From Squalus acanthias (taxonomy: Eukaryota), in assembly GCA_030390025.1 (NCBI GenBank), contig JASTWF010001061.1:62001-126000 (forward strand): DNA of 64,000 nt, in the 5' to 3' direction. The notes under the pieces are model-generated. The model did not search any database. It was given only the letters and a program-made list of their open reading frames with translations, and was not told where the DNA came from. Position 1 is the stretch's first letter, and each line of letters starts with the position of its first letter. A program made the position numbers and the translations under genes. This document shows, piece by piece, positions 1 to 13,730 of this stretch.

Positions 1-900
1 ACCTTCCCTCCATCATAAGGTCAGAGGTGGTGATGTTTGCTGATGATTGCAGTGTTCAGTCCCATTCACAACTCCTCAGATAATGAAGCAGTCCGTGCCC
101 ACATGCAGCGAGACTTGGATGACATTCAGGCCTGTGCTTATGAGGAAAGCAACATTCGCACCACACAAGTGCCAGGCAATGACTATCTCCAACTAGAGGG
201 AGTGTAACCACCGCCCCTAGGCATTCAATGGCATTACCATCGCCAAATCCCCCACCATTAACATCCAGAAGGTTAACTGGACCAGCCATAGAAATACTGT
301 GGCTACAAGAGCAGGTCAGAGGCAGGGTATTCTGCGACGAGTGACTCACCTCCTGACTCCCCAAAGACTTTCAACCATCTACAAGGCACAAGTCAGGAGT
401 GTGATGGAATACTCTCCACTTGCCTGGATGAGTGCAGCTCCAACAACACTCAAGAAGTTCGACACCATCCATGACAAAGCAGCACGCTTGATTGGCACCC
501 CATCCACCACCTTAAACATTCACTCCCTCCACCACCGGCGTACCGTGGCTGCAGTGTGTACCCTCTACAAGATGCACTGCAGCAACTCACCAAGGGTTCT
601 TTGGCAGCATCACCCAAACCCACGACCTCTTCCACCTAGAAGTACAAGGGCAGCAGGCGCATGGGAACACCACCACCTCCAAGTTCCCCTCCAAGTCCCA
701 CATCATCCTGACTTGGAAATATATCGCTGATCCTTCATCGACGCTGGGTCAAAATCCTGGAACTCCTTCCCCAACAGCATTGTGGGAGTACCTTCACCAC
801 ACAGACTGCAGCGGTTCAAGAAGGCGGCTCACCACCACCTTCTGGAGGGCAATTAGGGATGGGCAATAAATGCTGTCCTTGCCAGCGAAGCCCACATCCC
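1..900 (+). mobile_element. 3' part of an APE-RT LINE (CR1/L2 group, 'family B'), decayed
   Basis: RT FADD codons near 36-47. ORF 299-730 (VRSVMEYSPLAW...PTTLKKFDTIHDKAARLIG) and the 3' end gggcaattagggatgggcaataaatgctg...cccacatccc are shared with the copies at 17359-20065 and 26922-27543. Confidence 0.9.
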
Positions 901-1259
901 AGCCACTTTCTTTTGAAAACCTCCTCATCACTCATCTTTCTGACCTTCAATCACCTCCCCTAACCTTTCCACCATTGTTTGGCCAAAGTGATTATCTGCA
1001 CGAACATTTTTGTGGCCTTTTGCACATGCATGCAGTATACTGGAACCGTGCATGCTCACCTGATCGCCTCCTGCACATGTGTGCTGTTTACCAAGGCCGA
1101 TCATGCGCTGTAGCCAACAGTTGCGGCCTGCAGTGCAGCGTGGGCCACGCTTTCCTTAATCACTGTGGGAGAAGACCCGTCACTGGATCCATGCTGGCCG
1201 GGGGGAGAAGAGAGGACAGGAGGGAGAGAGAGAGGGGCTCAGAGGGGGAACTGGGGATG

Positions 1260-3075
1260 GCAGGGGAGGTCATGGACTGAATGGGGGGCACGGGAGGTCA
1301 GGGACTGACTGGGGGGCACGGGAGGTCAGGGACTGACTGGGGGGCAGGGGAGGTCAGTGACTGACTGGTGGGCAGGGGAGGTTAGTGGCTGGGGGGAAGC
1401 TGGTCAGGAACTGGGGGGAGAGAAGGTCAGGAACTGGGGGGTAGAGAAGGTCAGGAACTGGGGTGGATAGAAGGTCACGAACTGGGGGTAAGAGAAGATC
1501 AGGAATTGGGGGGGAGAGAATGTCAGAAACTGGGGGGAGAGAATATCAGGAACTGGGGGGACAAAAGGTCAGGAACTGGGGGGACGATGGTCAGGAACTG
1601 GGGGGACGATGGTCAGGAACTGGGGGAAGATGGTCATGAACTGGGGGAAGATGGTCAGGAACTGGGGGGGGGAAGATGGTCAGGTACTGGGGGGAAGATG
1701 GTCAGGAACTGGGGGGAAGATGGTCAGGAACTGGGGGGATGATGGTCAGGAACTGGGGGGAAGATGGCCAGGAACTGGCGGGGGAAGATGGTCAGGAACT
1801 GGGGGGGAAGATGATCAGGAACTGGGGGGGATGATGGTCAGGAACTGGGGGGAAGATGGTCAGAAACTGGGGAGAAGATGGTCAGGAACTGGGGGGAAGA
1901 TGGCCAGGAACTGGCGGGGGAAGATGGCCAGGAACTGGCGGGAGAGAAGGTCAGGAACTGGCGGGAGAGAAGGTCAGGAACTAGGGGGGAGACAAGGTCA
2001 GGAACTGGGGGGAGCGAAGGTCAGGAACTGGGGAAGAGAAGGTCAGGAACTGGGGGTAGAGAAGATCAGGAACTGGGGGCGGACAGAATGTAAGGAACTG
2101 TGGGAGGAGAGAAGGTCAGAAACTGGGGAGAGAAGGTCAGAAACTGGGGAGAGAAGGTCAGGAAATGCCAGGCGGGGGCGAGAGAAGGTCAGGAACTGGG
2201 GGAGGAGAAATGGTCAGGAACTGTGGGGAGAGAAGGTCAGGAAATGCGGGGCGGGGGGAGAGAATATCAGGAACGGGAGGGAGAGAAGATCAGGAACAGG
2301 GGGGAGAGAAGTTCAGGAACTGGGGGAGAGAGAAGATCAGGAAATAGTGTGGAGAGACGGTCAGGAACTGGGGGTAGAGAAGGTCAGGAACTGGGGGGGA
2401 GAGAAGGTCAGGAAATGGGGGGAGAGAAGGTCAGCAACTGGGGGGGAGACAAGGTCAGGAACTGGGGGGTGAGAAGGTCAGCTACTGGGGGGTAAGAAGT
2501 TCAGCAACTGGGGGTGTACAGGTCATGCACTGGGGGTGTAGAGGTCATGAACTGGGGCGAGAGGTCAGGAACTGGGTTGGAGAGAAGGACAGGAACTGGG
2601 GGGGAGGGATAAGTTCAGGAATTGGGGGCGAGAGAATGTCAGGAACTGGGGGCGAGAGAAGGTCAGGAACTGATGGTGAGAGAAGGTCAGGAACGTGGGG
2701 GGCAGAGTAGGTCAGGAACTGGTGGCGAGAGAAGGTCAGGAACTCGGGGGAGAGAAGGTCAGGAACTGGGGGGGAGAGAAGATCAGGAACTGGCCGGGGG
2801 AAGGGAAGGTCACACAATCGGGGGGCAGAGAAGGTCATGAACTGGGGGGGGTGAAGTGGTCAGGAATTGGGGGGGGGGGGGAGGTGAAGTGGTCAGGAAC
2901 TGGTGGGGGGGTGGGGAGAGAAGGTCAGGAACTGGGGCGGGGAGAGAAGGTCAGGAACTGCGGGGAGACAAGGTCAGGAACTGGGGAGGTGGTGGAGAGA
3001 AGGTCAGGAACTGCGGGGAGAGAAGGTCAGGAACCAGGGGGGAGAGAAGGTCAGGAACTGGTCGGGAGAATGCCT
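1260..3075. repeat. G-rich minisatellite, ~20-24 bp unit (ggggagagaaggtcaggaact)
   Basis: Dozens of tandem degenerate units visible directly. It accounts for all repetitive ORFs from 1506 to 3173. Confidence 0.97.
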
Positions 3076-3571
3076 TAACCCGCGAGGGTGAGTCCTGTCT
3101 TTTCTCAGTGAGCTCTGTTCTGACTGGAGTCGGCAGTCAGAATGGCTCAAATGACACTTTGCAAAGTAACTGAATTACATTGGCAGGGAGGATCTAATTA
3201 CACATTCCAGTGAAACTGCTGGGTGTGTCTTGTCCTCCAAGAGGACCAATCAGAGCTTTGATGCTGTGAATAAACACATCATTGTTCGCCATCTGTTGTT
3301 CTTCTCTGTAAAGTGCCTTGGACTTGTAACACTTTAACAGTGAAACCTGTTCGCTACTGTTAATATCTCGGCCAATTTCAGAGGCTGTTAATGTAATACG
3401 CTGACCGGTGTCACCGGCTTCCTCACCTTTTTATCTCCTTTTTCCACCGCACTCCATTCACGTCCCCACTTTCTTGGATTCCCTCAACATCTGCCTCATT
3501 TTCACAGCCTCTCTGTCCTTGGTTGTCCCGTCCTACAGCTCTGAACCCTGAACATTCGCTCTCGGGGTTTA

Positions 3572-3692
3572 ATAACATAAAAAATAAGAGCAGGAGTCGG
3601 CCAAACGGCCCCTCGAGCCCGCTCCGCCATTCAATAAAATCATGGCTGATCATCGACCTCAGCTCCACTTTCCCGCATCATCTCCGTATCCC
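3572..3692 (-). mobile_element. CR1 LINE 3' tail fragment
   Basis: Reverse complement of the tail (...agccatgat...ctcgaggggcc...ctcctgctc...ttatgtt) seen at 8280-8360 and 30600-30680. Confidence 0.8.
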
Positions 3693-4086
3693 GTATCTAC
3701 TCGGAGCTCCGACACGGCAAGAGAGCCCCAGGTGGGCAGACAAAACGCTTCAAGGACTCCCTCAAAGCCTCCTTGAAAAAGTGCCACATCCCCACCGACA
3801 CCTGGGAATCCCTGGCCCAAGACCGCACAAAGTGCAGGAGAAACATCCGGGAAGGCGCCGAACACCTTGAGTCTATTCGCCGGGAGCAAGCGGAAGCCAA
3901 ACGCAAACAGCGGAAGGAGCGCACGTCAACCCAAGCACCCCACCCACCCGCCCTTTCAACCACCGCCTGCCGCACCTGTGACAGAAACTGTAGCTCTCGC
4001 ATTGGACTCATCAGTCACCTGAGAACTCATTTTTTGTGTTTAAGCAAGTCATCCTCGATTCCGAGGGACTGCCTAAGAAGAAGAAT
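3693..4086 (+). mobile_element. RTE-clade LINE 3' end, 5'-truncated
   Basis: Encodes ELRHGKRAPGGQTKRFKDSLKASLKKC...WESLAQDR and a C-terminal CRTCDRNCSSRIGLISHLRTH zinc finger. Ends in an (aag)n tail. Confidence 0.85.
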
Positions 4087-5528
4087 ATTTAAGGTTTTAA
4101 TATTATTACCATCAAATATCTATCTCAAGCCCATTGCTCGTCTAGAGGAAATTTCATTTGGTTACTATTTTTCCTCATGATACAGACAAAGAAAATCATA
4201 ATACATTGTGCAGCACACTACAGTGTACCGTAATATCAAGAAATCAGAGACTTAAAATATTATCCAGCTCCCCTTTTAATAGTATCCCTCTTGTAGATAT
4301 TCCTGATAAGTATTATTTCCCATTTCTTGCAGTGATACCAATTTTATTGTCAACTCAAAGGAATTCAACCTTGAATTTTAAAAATTCAAATTCTGTGTCC
4401 CTCTTTAATTCAATTTCCATCCCTCTGATATGTACCTTTGCATTTAACGCCATATTGCTTCGTTAAAAGTTAGTTTCACTATGGACCTTATGTCAGTGCT
4501 TTTTTAAAAAAAGTCTCACATTCCTGGACCACCTTAACCATTTCATGTCTCACTGTTGTCAAGTAACTGAGCATGTCTGAGACACGTCCTTCAGTGCATC
4601 TTTACCATGCACAACATATCAAATTTGCACACACACCTGTATTCCAATATCATACCTCACTTGATATCGGATGCAAGCCATTCCTGGGCTTTTAAATTAC
4701 CTGATCAAAAGATCGGTGTTCTTTTCTCATCACCCTGCATGGTCCCAATTTTGGATAGTGGCCAGGCTATCAAATACATTATTCTCACTGTTCAGTGTAG
4801 GCAAATAAACAAACATCTCCAAGAGAAGCCTATCAATCAATGTTTCCGCTATACTTTCCCGACTTTCAATAGAAAGTACATCGATACCAAATTGAAATCC
4901 TTTCAGGAATCATGCCCAGGTGATTTATGTTACTCAGCGATACACTCAACCATCTTTTCACTAGGCTCGAAGGGCCGAATGACCTACTCCTGCTCCTATT
5001 TCTTATGTTCTTATGTACAAACTGCAGTGCACAAAGCTTACGTTTCCACTCTTGACAGAGATTTGGATCTGAGACAAGAGCTATGAAGAATTTTTACAGC
5101 TTTATTAGAAAAAAGGGTGGTCATGAGCTATGTTGGTCCCTTAAAATCTGAAAGTGGTGATATTGTCAATGACAATGGGGAAATGCTGAATAATTACTTT
5201 GCGTCAGTATTTACAGTAGAAGAAGAGGATAGCATGCCAGAAATCCCAAAGAAACTAATATTGAATCGGGGCCAGGGGCTAAATAAAATTAACAAAAGCA
5301 AAATAGCAGTAATGAAGAAAATAATGGCACTTAAGTGTGAGAAATCCATAGGGCCAGATGGTTTCCATTCCCAGGGTTTTAAAGGAAGTAGGTGACCATA
5401 TTGCAGGTGCCCTAACTATAATCTTCCAGAGTTCTTTAGATTCAGTAACCATCACTTTAGATTGGAAAATTGTGCATCTCACTCTGCAGTTTAAGAATGT
5501 CGAGAGAGGGAAACCAGGGGATTATAGA

Positions 5529-7001
5529 GCATACAATACAATAGCAAAATACTGCAGATGCTGGAAATCTGAAATAATAACAGAAAATGCTGGAAACACT
5601 CGGCATCCGTGGATAGAGAAACTGAGTTAACATTTCAGGTCTGTGACCCTTCGTCAGAACTGGAAAAAGTTAGGGATGTAACAGGTTTTAAGCAGGTTAA
5701 GAGGCAGGGAAAGGGCGGGGAAGGGGAGGAAGGAACTAAAGGGATAGTTTGTGCTAGCATGGAAGGCAGGAGAGATTAAACGTTGCAAATGGGGATGGCA
5801 GAATCATCGACAGCTGCCGCCTTAAAAAACTGAGGGCTGGAGTTATAGTCTGAAATTGATGAACTCGATGTTGAATCCAGAAGGCTGCAAATTGAGAGCG
5901 AAGTGAATGAATTTTTCTAGTTCAGGGTGAAAGCAGGAAACGGCACCTATAGTTGAGGGAGGGAACCTGAGTAGGACTGGAACAAAGGATGTTCCACGTA
6001 TCCCACGAAAAGGCAGGCCCATGCGGGTTCCCAAAGCAACACCTTTAATTTGGAGGAAGTGAGTGGAGCCAAAGGAGAAGTTGTTCAATGTGAGAACAAG
6101 TTCAGCCAGGCGGAGAAGGGTGGTGGTGGATGGGGACTGGTATTGCCTCTGTTCAAGGAAGTAGCGGAGCGCCCTCAGGACGTCCTGGTGGGGGATGGAG
6201 GTGTAGAGGTGATTGCAAGTCCATAGTGAAAAGGAGACGATTGGGGCCAGGAAACTGGAATCTGTTAAAGAGGCGGAGGGCGTCAGAAGAATCAGCAATG
6301 TAGGTGGGAAGAGACGGGACAAGGGGAGAAAAAATAGAGGCGAGATAGGAAGAAATCAGTTCCGTGGGGCAAGAGCAGGCTGAAATGATGGGTCTACCAG
6401 GGCAGTCCTGTTTGAGGATCCTGGGAAGGAGGTAGCAGTAGGCTGTGCGGTTGGGGGACTATGAGGTTGACAGCCATGGAGGGAAGATCTCCAGAGGAGA
6501 TGTGTCAGTGACAGTCTTGGAAACAATGGCTTGATGTTTGGTAATGGGGTCATAGTCCAATGGGAGGTCGGAGGAGGTGTCAGAGAGTTGGCATTCAGCC
6601 TCCGCACGGTAGAGGTCGGTTCGCCAAACAACAACAGCACCACCCTTGTCAGCAGGTTTAATGGCAATGTTAGGGTTGCATCGGAGAGAACGGAGTGGTG
6701 CAAGTTCAGAGGGAGGTAGGTTGGAGTGAGTGAAGGGAGCAGAGAAATTGATACGGCCGATGTCACGCCGGCAGTTAACAATGAAAAGATCTGGAGAGCT
6801 CAGCATCGTGCCGTGCTCGAAATTCGAGATGTGGGCGTAAGGGGATGAAGCTCAGGCTTTTGCTGAGGAATGATCGTTCGTGGTCAGAGAAAGGAAGGTC
6901 AGAAAGGATAGTGAAAACACGGCAGGGGTGAGATTGGAAGAACGGATGGGATCAGAGGAAAGTGAAGGGGGAGAAGGCTCCGGAGGGGCGTTGGTGTCCA
7001 A
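5529..7001 (-). mobile_element. Penelope-like retroelement, RT fragment, internally deleted
   Basis: PLE RT motifs KPADKGGAVVVW, LYTSIPH and NNFSF...LQIKGVALGTRMG. The reading jumps to the terminal LQPSGFNIEF, so most of the GIY-YIG domain is missing. 9-bp direct repeat gattataga at 5520-5528 and 7002-7010. Confidence 0.88.
5625..5661 (-). ncRNA. Minimal type I hammerhead ribozyme motif in the PLE terminal repeat, possibly degenerate
   Basis: Minus strand reads agtt-CTGACGA-a-gggtc-aca-gacct-GAAA-tg-tt-aact. Both core boxes are present, stem II is ggtc/gacc and stem I is agtt/aact. Confidence 0.65.
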
Positions 7002-9230
7002 GATTATAGACCAGCTAGCCTAACATCTGTTGGTGGGAAATTGCTGGAGTCTTTAATTAAGGATAGGGTGACTGAACACCTCGAAAACTTTCAGTTGATC
7101 AGAGAGAGCCAGCATGGAATTGTGAAAGGTTAGGTCGAGTCTGACAAACCTGATGGAATTTTTTGAAGAGGTGCCATAGTGGAGAGGGGAATGTCTATGG
7201 ATGTGATTTATATGGACTTCCAGAAGGCATTTGATAAAGTCCCACATTAGAGACTGTTATCTAAGGTAGAAGCCCACGGAATTGAGGGCAAATTATTGAC
7301 CTGGTTAGGAAATTGGCTGAGCGGCAGGAAACAGAGAGTAGGGATAATGGGTAGCTACTCAAATTGGCAGGATGTGACTAGTGGTGTCCCACAGGGATCT
7401 GTTTTGGGCCTCAACTATTCACAATATTTATTCACGACTTAGATGATAGAAAGTCATATATCCAAATTTGCTGATGATACAAAGATAGGCGGCATTGTAC
7501 GCAGTGTAGAAGAAAGCATATAATTACAAATGGATGTTGATAGATTAAGTGAATGGGCAAATCTGTGACAAATGGATTTCAATGTAAGCAAATGTGAGGT
7601 CATCCACTTTGAACCTAAACACGATAGAACAGGTTACTTTCTAAATGGTGAAAAGCTATAAACAGTGGATGTCCAAACAGACTTGGGGGGTCAAGGTACA
7701 TAGATCATTATAATGTCATGAACAGGTACAGAAAATAATCCAAAAGGCTAATGGAAAGCTGTCCTTTATATCCAGAGGCCGAGAGTACCAAGGGTTAGAA
7801 GTTATGCTTCAGCTGTACAAAACACTGGTTAGATCACTCCTGGAGTACTGTGAGCAGTTCTGGGCACCACACCTTAGGAAGGATATATTGGTCTTGGCGG
7901 GTGTGCAGCGTAGGCTTACCAGAATGATACTCGCACTTCAAGGTTTAAATTACGAGGCGAGATTACACAAATTAGGGTTCTATTCCCTTGAATTTAGAAG
8001 GTTAAGGATGATCTGATTGAAGTTTTCAGGATATTAAGGGAAACGGATAGGGTAGATAGAGAGAAAGTGATTCTAGGACTCGGGGGTACAGTCTGAAAAT
8101 TAGAGCCAAAACTTTCATAAGTGAAATTAGGAAACAAAAGTTGGTAGAAATGTTGAACTCTCTTCCACAAACGGCAATTGATGCTAGATCAATTGTTAAT
8201 TTTAAATCGGAGATTAATAGCTTCTTGTTAACCAAATCTATTTAGAGATATGGGGCAAAAACGAGTATATGGAGTTAGGTCGCAGATCAGTCATGATCTC
8301 ATTGAATGGCAGAGCAGGCTCGAAGGGCTGAATGTCCTACTCCTGTTCCTATGTTCATATGTCCGATGTTCCTATTACACTCCGCCCGATTTGCTTCTGC
8401 ATGGAAGTCAATTCACCACCATGGTTTTCAGAAGCATTTAGGAGGTAATTTTAACTTGTAGCGCCCCACAAAAGATGGTGATAGCAGCGCCGATTTTAAC
8501 CTTAGCCACCTGGTGGGAATGGAGTTGGTTCAGGTCTGATGCCTGTTTTACACCCGACCCGATTTCACGCTCCATAGTTTCCAATACAAATATAGATATC
8601 AGAATTTATAATAACACATAAAAATAAGAGCATAATGCAGGACTATAAAACTGGGATTGAATTATATCGGTGTTCCTTGGTCCATTAAACCTCCGAATGT
8701 CCAGCTTTGCTTCACTTGAAGAATGCACTTGATCCTGACTCTCCATGTATTAACCCCAAGGGATGACGGCTATTCAATATTCTAGGTTATATTTGTGATC
8801 AGCATTAGCTTTACATATCAGGAGTTAATGCAACAGGTATTGTGGGGATCTGATAGAGGAGTTCAAAATTATGAAGAGTTTGGATCAGACATATCAGAAA
8901 AACTTATTTCCACTTGTTGGCCAATGGGTTACTAAAGGGCAACAATGTAACAGCACCACCAAAATAAAAAAGTGAGAGGTTTAGATTTGTTTTATCTATC
9001 TTGCAAATTAGTGGGATTCTCCTGTTGTTGTAAAGTGGCCGATAAAACTACACCAAACATTGTTTTAGCTTTAATCCCCAAACAGATTTATCAACTGTTA
9101 ATCGAACAAGAGAACAGCAGCAATAATTTAACACATGTTTACAGCAGTTGCATCGTGTTGTAGAAAGTAATTCGTTTGCAAGTCTTGTGGTAAAACTGTA
9201 CTATAATTAATCTTTTTTATGCAGTGATAG

Positions 9231-10052
9231 TGTAAGATCGTGAGATCTGTAAGATCCGTAATTTATATTTAAATTGTCCGTGACTAGAATAGATCACTCC
9301 TGGTACAGGTATATTGTGTGTAAGTATAACAGATTTATTAAGCATTTAACATCCAATACAAAGAAATAATACTTAACAAGATGATTGTCGCAATCTGTTC
9401 CTTGGAACCCCAGCAGCGTACAGACCAGGTGAGTGCGGCGCGCTCTCTTTTCTCAGTCCTGCTGTGCTCTGTTGACTGAAGTTTCTCTTCCTCTGGTTTC
9501 ACGCTACCTTTAGTGTTCAATAACTGTTCATTTATACCTTTTTCTCCCCTCAAAATTCTTGGCAACTGCAGCTGCTTTGGCTATCTCAGTATTCTTATTG
9601 CTAATTCATGACCTGCAATAGTACGGTCTATGATTCCCTCGCTTTTTCTGAATGAGCTTTTCTATGAGAACTTTTACACAAACAAACTTCCCACGAATTA
9701 CGACAGGTGTCTTTTGCATTTCACATAGCCCATTATTTAGCCTGGTCTGTAGTTTCAGCGATAAGGGATGTTGGTGTTGAAAACCCTCTATATCTTACTT
9801 TGAACCTTAATTGATGTTTGTCCTTCACTGGCTTCTTTTTTTTTAACAAAACAGACCATTTTACAGAATAACATCAAGTTGGCATAATTTACTTCTTTGC
9901 TTCTCAGCCTTGTGTCTTTTTAACTAAGGTTGTACGTATTGTAACAGAGGTTTTATGCTTCTAACATACATTATTATATATATCATAGAAATTTTAAAAA
10001 TAGCATTACATTTAAAACATTATGAAATCATACAGATAAGCTCTATTCTACA
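9231..10052 (-). mobile_element. Possible solo LTR
   Basis: TGTA...TACA ends. On the minus strand a TATAAA (~9531-9536) lies upstream of an AATAAA (~9333-9338). Flanks atag/atac could be an imperfect 4-bp TSD. No coding remnant. Confidence 0.35.
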
Positions 10053-12029
10053 ATACCTTTAATATTTTCTCATCAAATATGGATGTTATCAGTCTCAACT
10101 AAAGCTTTTTAAATGCTCAGACAGAGAGGGCTAGATGTTCCTGTACATGTACCCGGGGCTATTGGATTGCCTCAGAACAGTGAGTACAGGAAAACTGGGG
10201 AAGAAGGAGCACAAGCCCCTCATGAACACAGCCGAATGTCTGCCCATTGATTTAAATGGGCAACAAATTGAGCAGGATCCCTTCTTGGCATTTACCGCTC
10301 TCTGCCCGTTCCCCTGTATTCACAGTGCCCAGGTGATTAAAAAGAACCTTAGACACAGGAGCAGGCAATTCTGCTCAGTCTGCTTACTGGAAACAATCCA
10401 CAACAATTTGCTTGGATTTGAAAAGTGCCAACATTAAATTCCATGAAGCTTCATGAATTAATAAATCTCTGTTAAAATTGAAACGCCAGCCAAGCAGCCG
10501 CAACCCTGAACAAATCACACAGCATGTATGTATTTGAACTGAGTGGATCTCCTCAAACAAAGTTACCCGAGACCAACTGATCAATCCTAACAAAAAAGTG
10601 TTTTAAGAAAGGGTGGGATATGATTTCTGTGAGAGAAGCGGATTTAAAACTCTTGTGTAACATGACAGAATTAAAGAAGTTGATGCCAAGCTAAATTGTA
10701 GAAAATGATGCTTAAATTTTCCTCACAGGCAATATTTAAATCTGTCTAAACCTGCACTGGACGTTCTGTAAATAGTGTGCCCATTGGGAATTTGAGAAAC
10801 ATAATGGTTATATTTTCATCTTTACTGCCTGGGCATTAAACACCATTGAAATAAATCAAGGAGATCAGGTGGATTGTGTAAGGAGCGTGCAAAGCAGGCA
10901 GTAAAAATAATAATCTCACCCCACATCTCTCTAAATCTGCCAACATCCATTCTGGCCAGAATTACACAAGGACAACATATAGACTTAAGTTTCAATTTGA
11001 TATTCAAGAAGTGGTGGCCAGTTCAGATCAATCACACCTCATCAGATGTACAGAGACGCTTAGTAAAAGTAGGAGCAGGAAACCTGGCCTTCGCTTCTCC
11101 CCTTAACCTGATGCATATTAACTCAACCCTACAGCTGCCCAGGCTGTTTGTGACATCCCGAGGTGTACAGGGTAACCGTCGAAATAAAATCACTCACCGC
11201 ATCAAAATAATTGTACTTGATGCATTCTGAGACATTTACTAGAAACATGATGAGATGATTCATATTCACAAATGGTTCATTTTACTCCCACTGATTTCGT
11301 TTTAATCACCCTCATTATAAACAACTCAGGGCTGATTCACCGACTCCACACACGAGGCCCAGAGCCTCATCCGACACATTGAAATTCGTGCTGGGGCTTC
11401 CCAGGCTGTGATTTTCATCCATTAAAATAGTGGATGGAGAATCAGGAGTTGATGGCGTGGTTTTACAATCTGTGCTCCTGGGCAGTGCTCAGAACACCAA
11501 AGTGGGAATTCTTCTTTAACCAGACCAAGAGGGCCCAAGGTTCAAGCCCTGGGGTCTGAGCTGTGTTATCTGGTCTCAGTAGGAGCAGAAGTTGGGGGGG
11601 CTGCAATCGGCCACTGTACAATGGCCTGCCAGCACTCACAGGAAAGGCTCAACCTGAAGACTGGCCAGCAGAGTGTGACATGGAACAATAATCGTCACTC
11701 AATGACGCTAAACCCAGTCAGGGAGTTGAAAGGATTAGGTTGATGAAATATTGTTTTCAAATTGTCTTTTTCACCTTTAACAGCGCCTGGTTACTATGGT
11801 TACTAAAATTCATGGCCACAATATCTGATTGCTCATTAACAGAGCACCGAATCTGCCATCTTTAGTGAACTGGATGTGATGAGGTGGGAGTTCTGCTGTG
11901 GAGGACATTTACCGACAGGCGGCAGCATTTAAACTGTCACAATTCACCAGCGCCAGCTTTAAGCCCCACAGAGACTGAGAACCAGCTCTGGGCAGTTATT
12001 GGGACTGGGGAGACTTGAAAGGAAGTGAC

Positions 12030-13703
12030 ATCAAAATCAACACACAATTTATTACAACTATATTAGGAGAAAGAGGATGGTCAGGGACAATGTGGGTCCC
12101 TTGAAAACTGATAACGGTGATATTGTAAATGAAAATAAGCAAATAGCGGACATGTTGAATAATTAATTTGCATCAGCATTTACAGCAGAGGAAGAGGATA
12201 GCATGCCGGACATCCCAAGGAAACTAATATTGAATCAGGGATGGGGACTCACCAAAATTAACAGAAGCAAAATAACAGTAATGAAGAAAATAATGGAACT
12301 AAAGAGCGACAAAGCCCCAGGACAAGATGCTTTCAGCTCAGGGTTTTACAGGAAGTAGGTGAGAACATTGCAGATGCCCGAACTATAATCTTCCAAAGTT
12401 CTCTCGATTCGGGAACCATTCCTTTAGATTGGAAAATTGTGCATTTCATTCCGCTATTTATGAAAGGTACGAGAGGGAAATTAAAGACTTATAGAGCAGT
12501 TAGCCTAACATCTGCTGTCAGAAAATTGCTCGAGTCCATAAGGATTGAGTGACTGAACACCTTGAAAATGTTCAGCTGATCAGAGAGAGCCAGCATGGAT
12601 TTAGTAAAGGTTAGGTCATGCCTGAAGAACTTGGTTGAATGTTTTTGCCGATGTAGTGGTTGACAGAGAAATGTCTAATTGGCAGGATGTGACTAGTGGT
12701 GTCCGCAAGATCTGTGTTAGGGCCTTAACTATTCACTGTATTTATTAACGACTTAGATGATGGGATAGGAAGGCACATATCCAAGTTTGTCGATGACACA
12801 AAGATAGGCGGCTTTATAAGCAGTGTAGATGGAAGCATAAAATTACAAAGATAATTTAATACATTAAGTGAATGGGCATAACTGGTAAATGGATTTCAAC
12901 GTAGGAAAATGTGAAGTCATTCACCTTGGAATTAAAAAGTATTGAACAGACTACTTTCTAAATGGAGAAAAGCTGGAAACAGTGGAGGTCCAAGCAGACT
13001 TGGGGCCCATGGACATAGATCATCAAAATGTCATGGACAGATGCAGAAACGAAATTAAAAGACTAATGGAATGCTGGCCTTTACATGTAGATGAGTAGAA
13101 TACACGGGGGTAGAAGTTGTGCTGCAGCTATACAAAGCCCTGGTTAGACCACACCTGGAGTACTGTGAGCAGTTCTGGGCACCACACCGTGGGAAGGATA
13201 TATTGCCCTTGGACAAGTGCAGTGTAATTTTACCAGATTTATACCTGGATTCCAAGGGTTAAGTTACGAGGAGAGATTACACAAACTGGGGTTGTATTCC
13301 ATGGAATTTAGAAGGTGAAGAGGTGATTAGATCGAAGTTTTCAAGATATTGAGGGGAACTGATAGGGTAGATAGAGATAAATTATTTCCGCTGGTTTGGG
13401 GATTCTAGTACTAGGGTGCATAGTCGTAAAATTAGAGCCAAGACTTTCAGGAGTGAAGTTAGGAAACACTTCTACAAACAAAGTATGGTAGAAGTTTTGA
13501 ACTCTCTTCCGCAAAGGGCAATTGATGCGAGATCAATTGTTAATTTGAAATCTGAGATTGCTAGATTTTTGTTAGCCAAAGGTATCAAGGGATATGGAAA
13601 AAATCGGGTATATCGAGTTAGATTCACAGATCAGCCATGATGTGGCGGAGCAGGTTGAAGGGACTAAATGACCTACTCCTGTTCCTCTTCCTATGTTCAT
13701 ATG
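12030..13703 (+). mobile_element. CR1 LINE ORF2 remnant with an internal deletion near 12676
   Basis: Collinear with and similar to the 5086-8375 copy. FVDD motif and CR1 tail present. Confidence 0.9.
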
Positions 13704-13730
13704 GGGAATCATGGTTTAAATTTAGTGCTG

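Larger units (their letters stand above)
5086..8375 (+). mobile_element. CR1 LINE ORF2 (RT) remnant, split by a Penelope-like insertion
   Basis: LNNYFASVFT, YMDFQKAFDKVPH, FADD and [15 protein letters not shown] motifs with frameshifts, plus a CR1 3' tail. The sequence resumes at 7002 after the insertion. Confidence 0.92.

Noticed and set aside
1506-3173. Long Gly/Arg/Glu-rich ORFs
   Set aside because: They are translations of the minisatellite in all frames, with no gene structure.
10321-10348. RSS-like CACAGTG-12 nt-AAAAGAACC
   Set aside because: The nonamer matches only 7/9, it sits at the edge of a hairpin repeat, and no V/D/J segment is adjacent. Likely chance.
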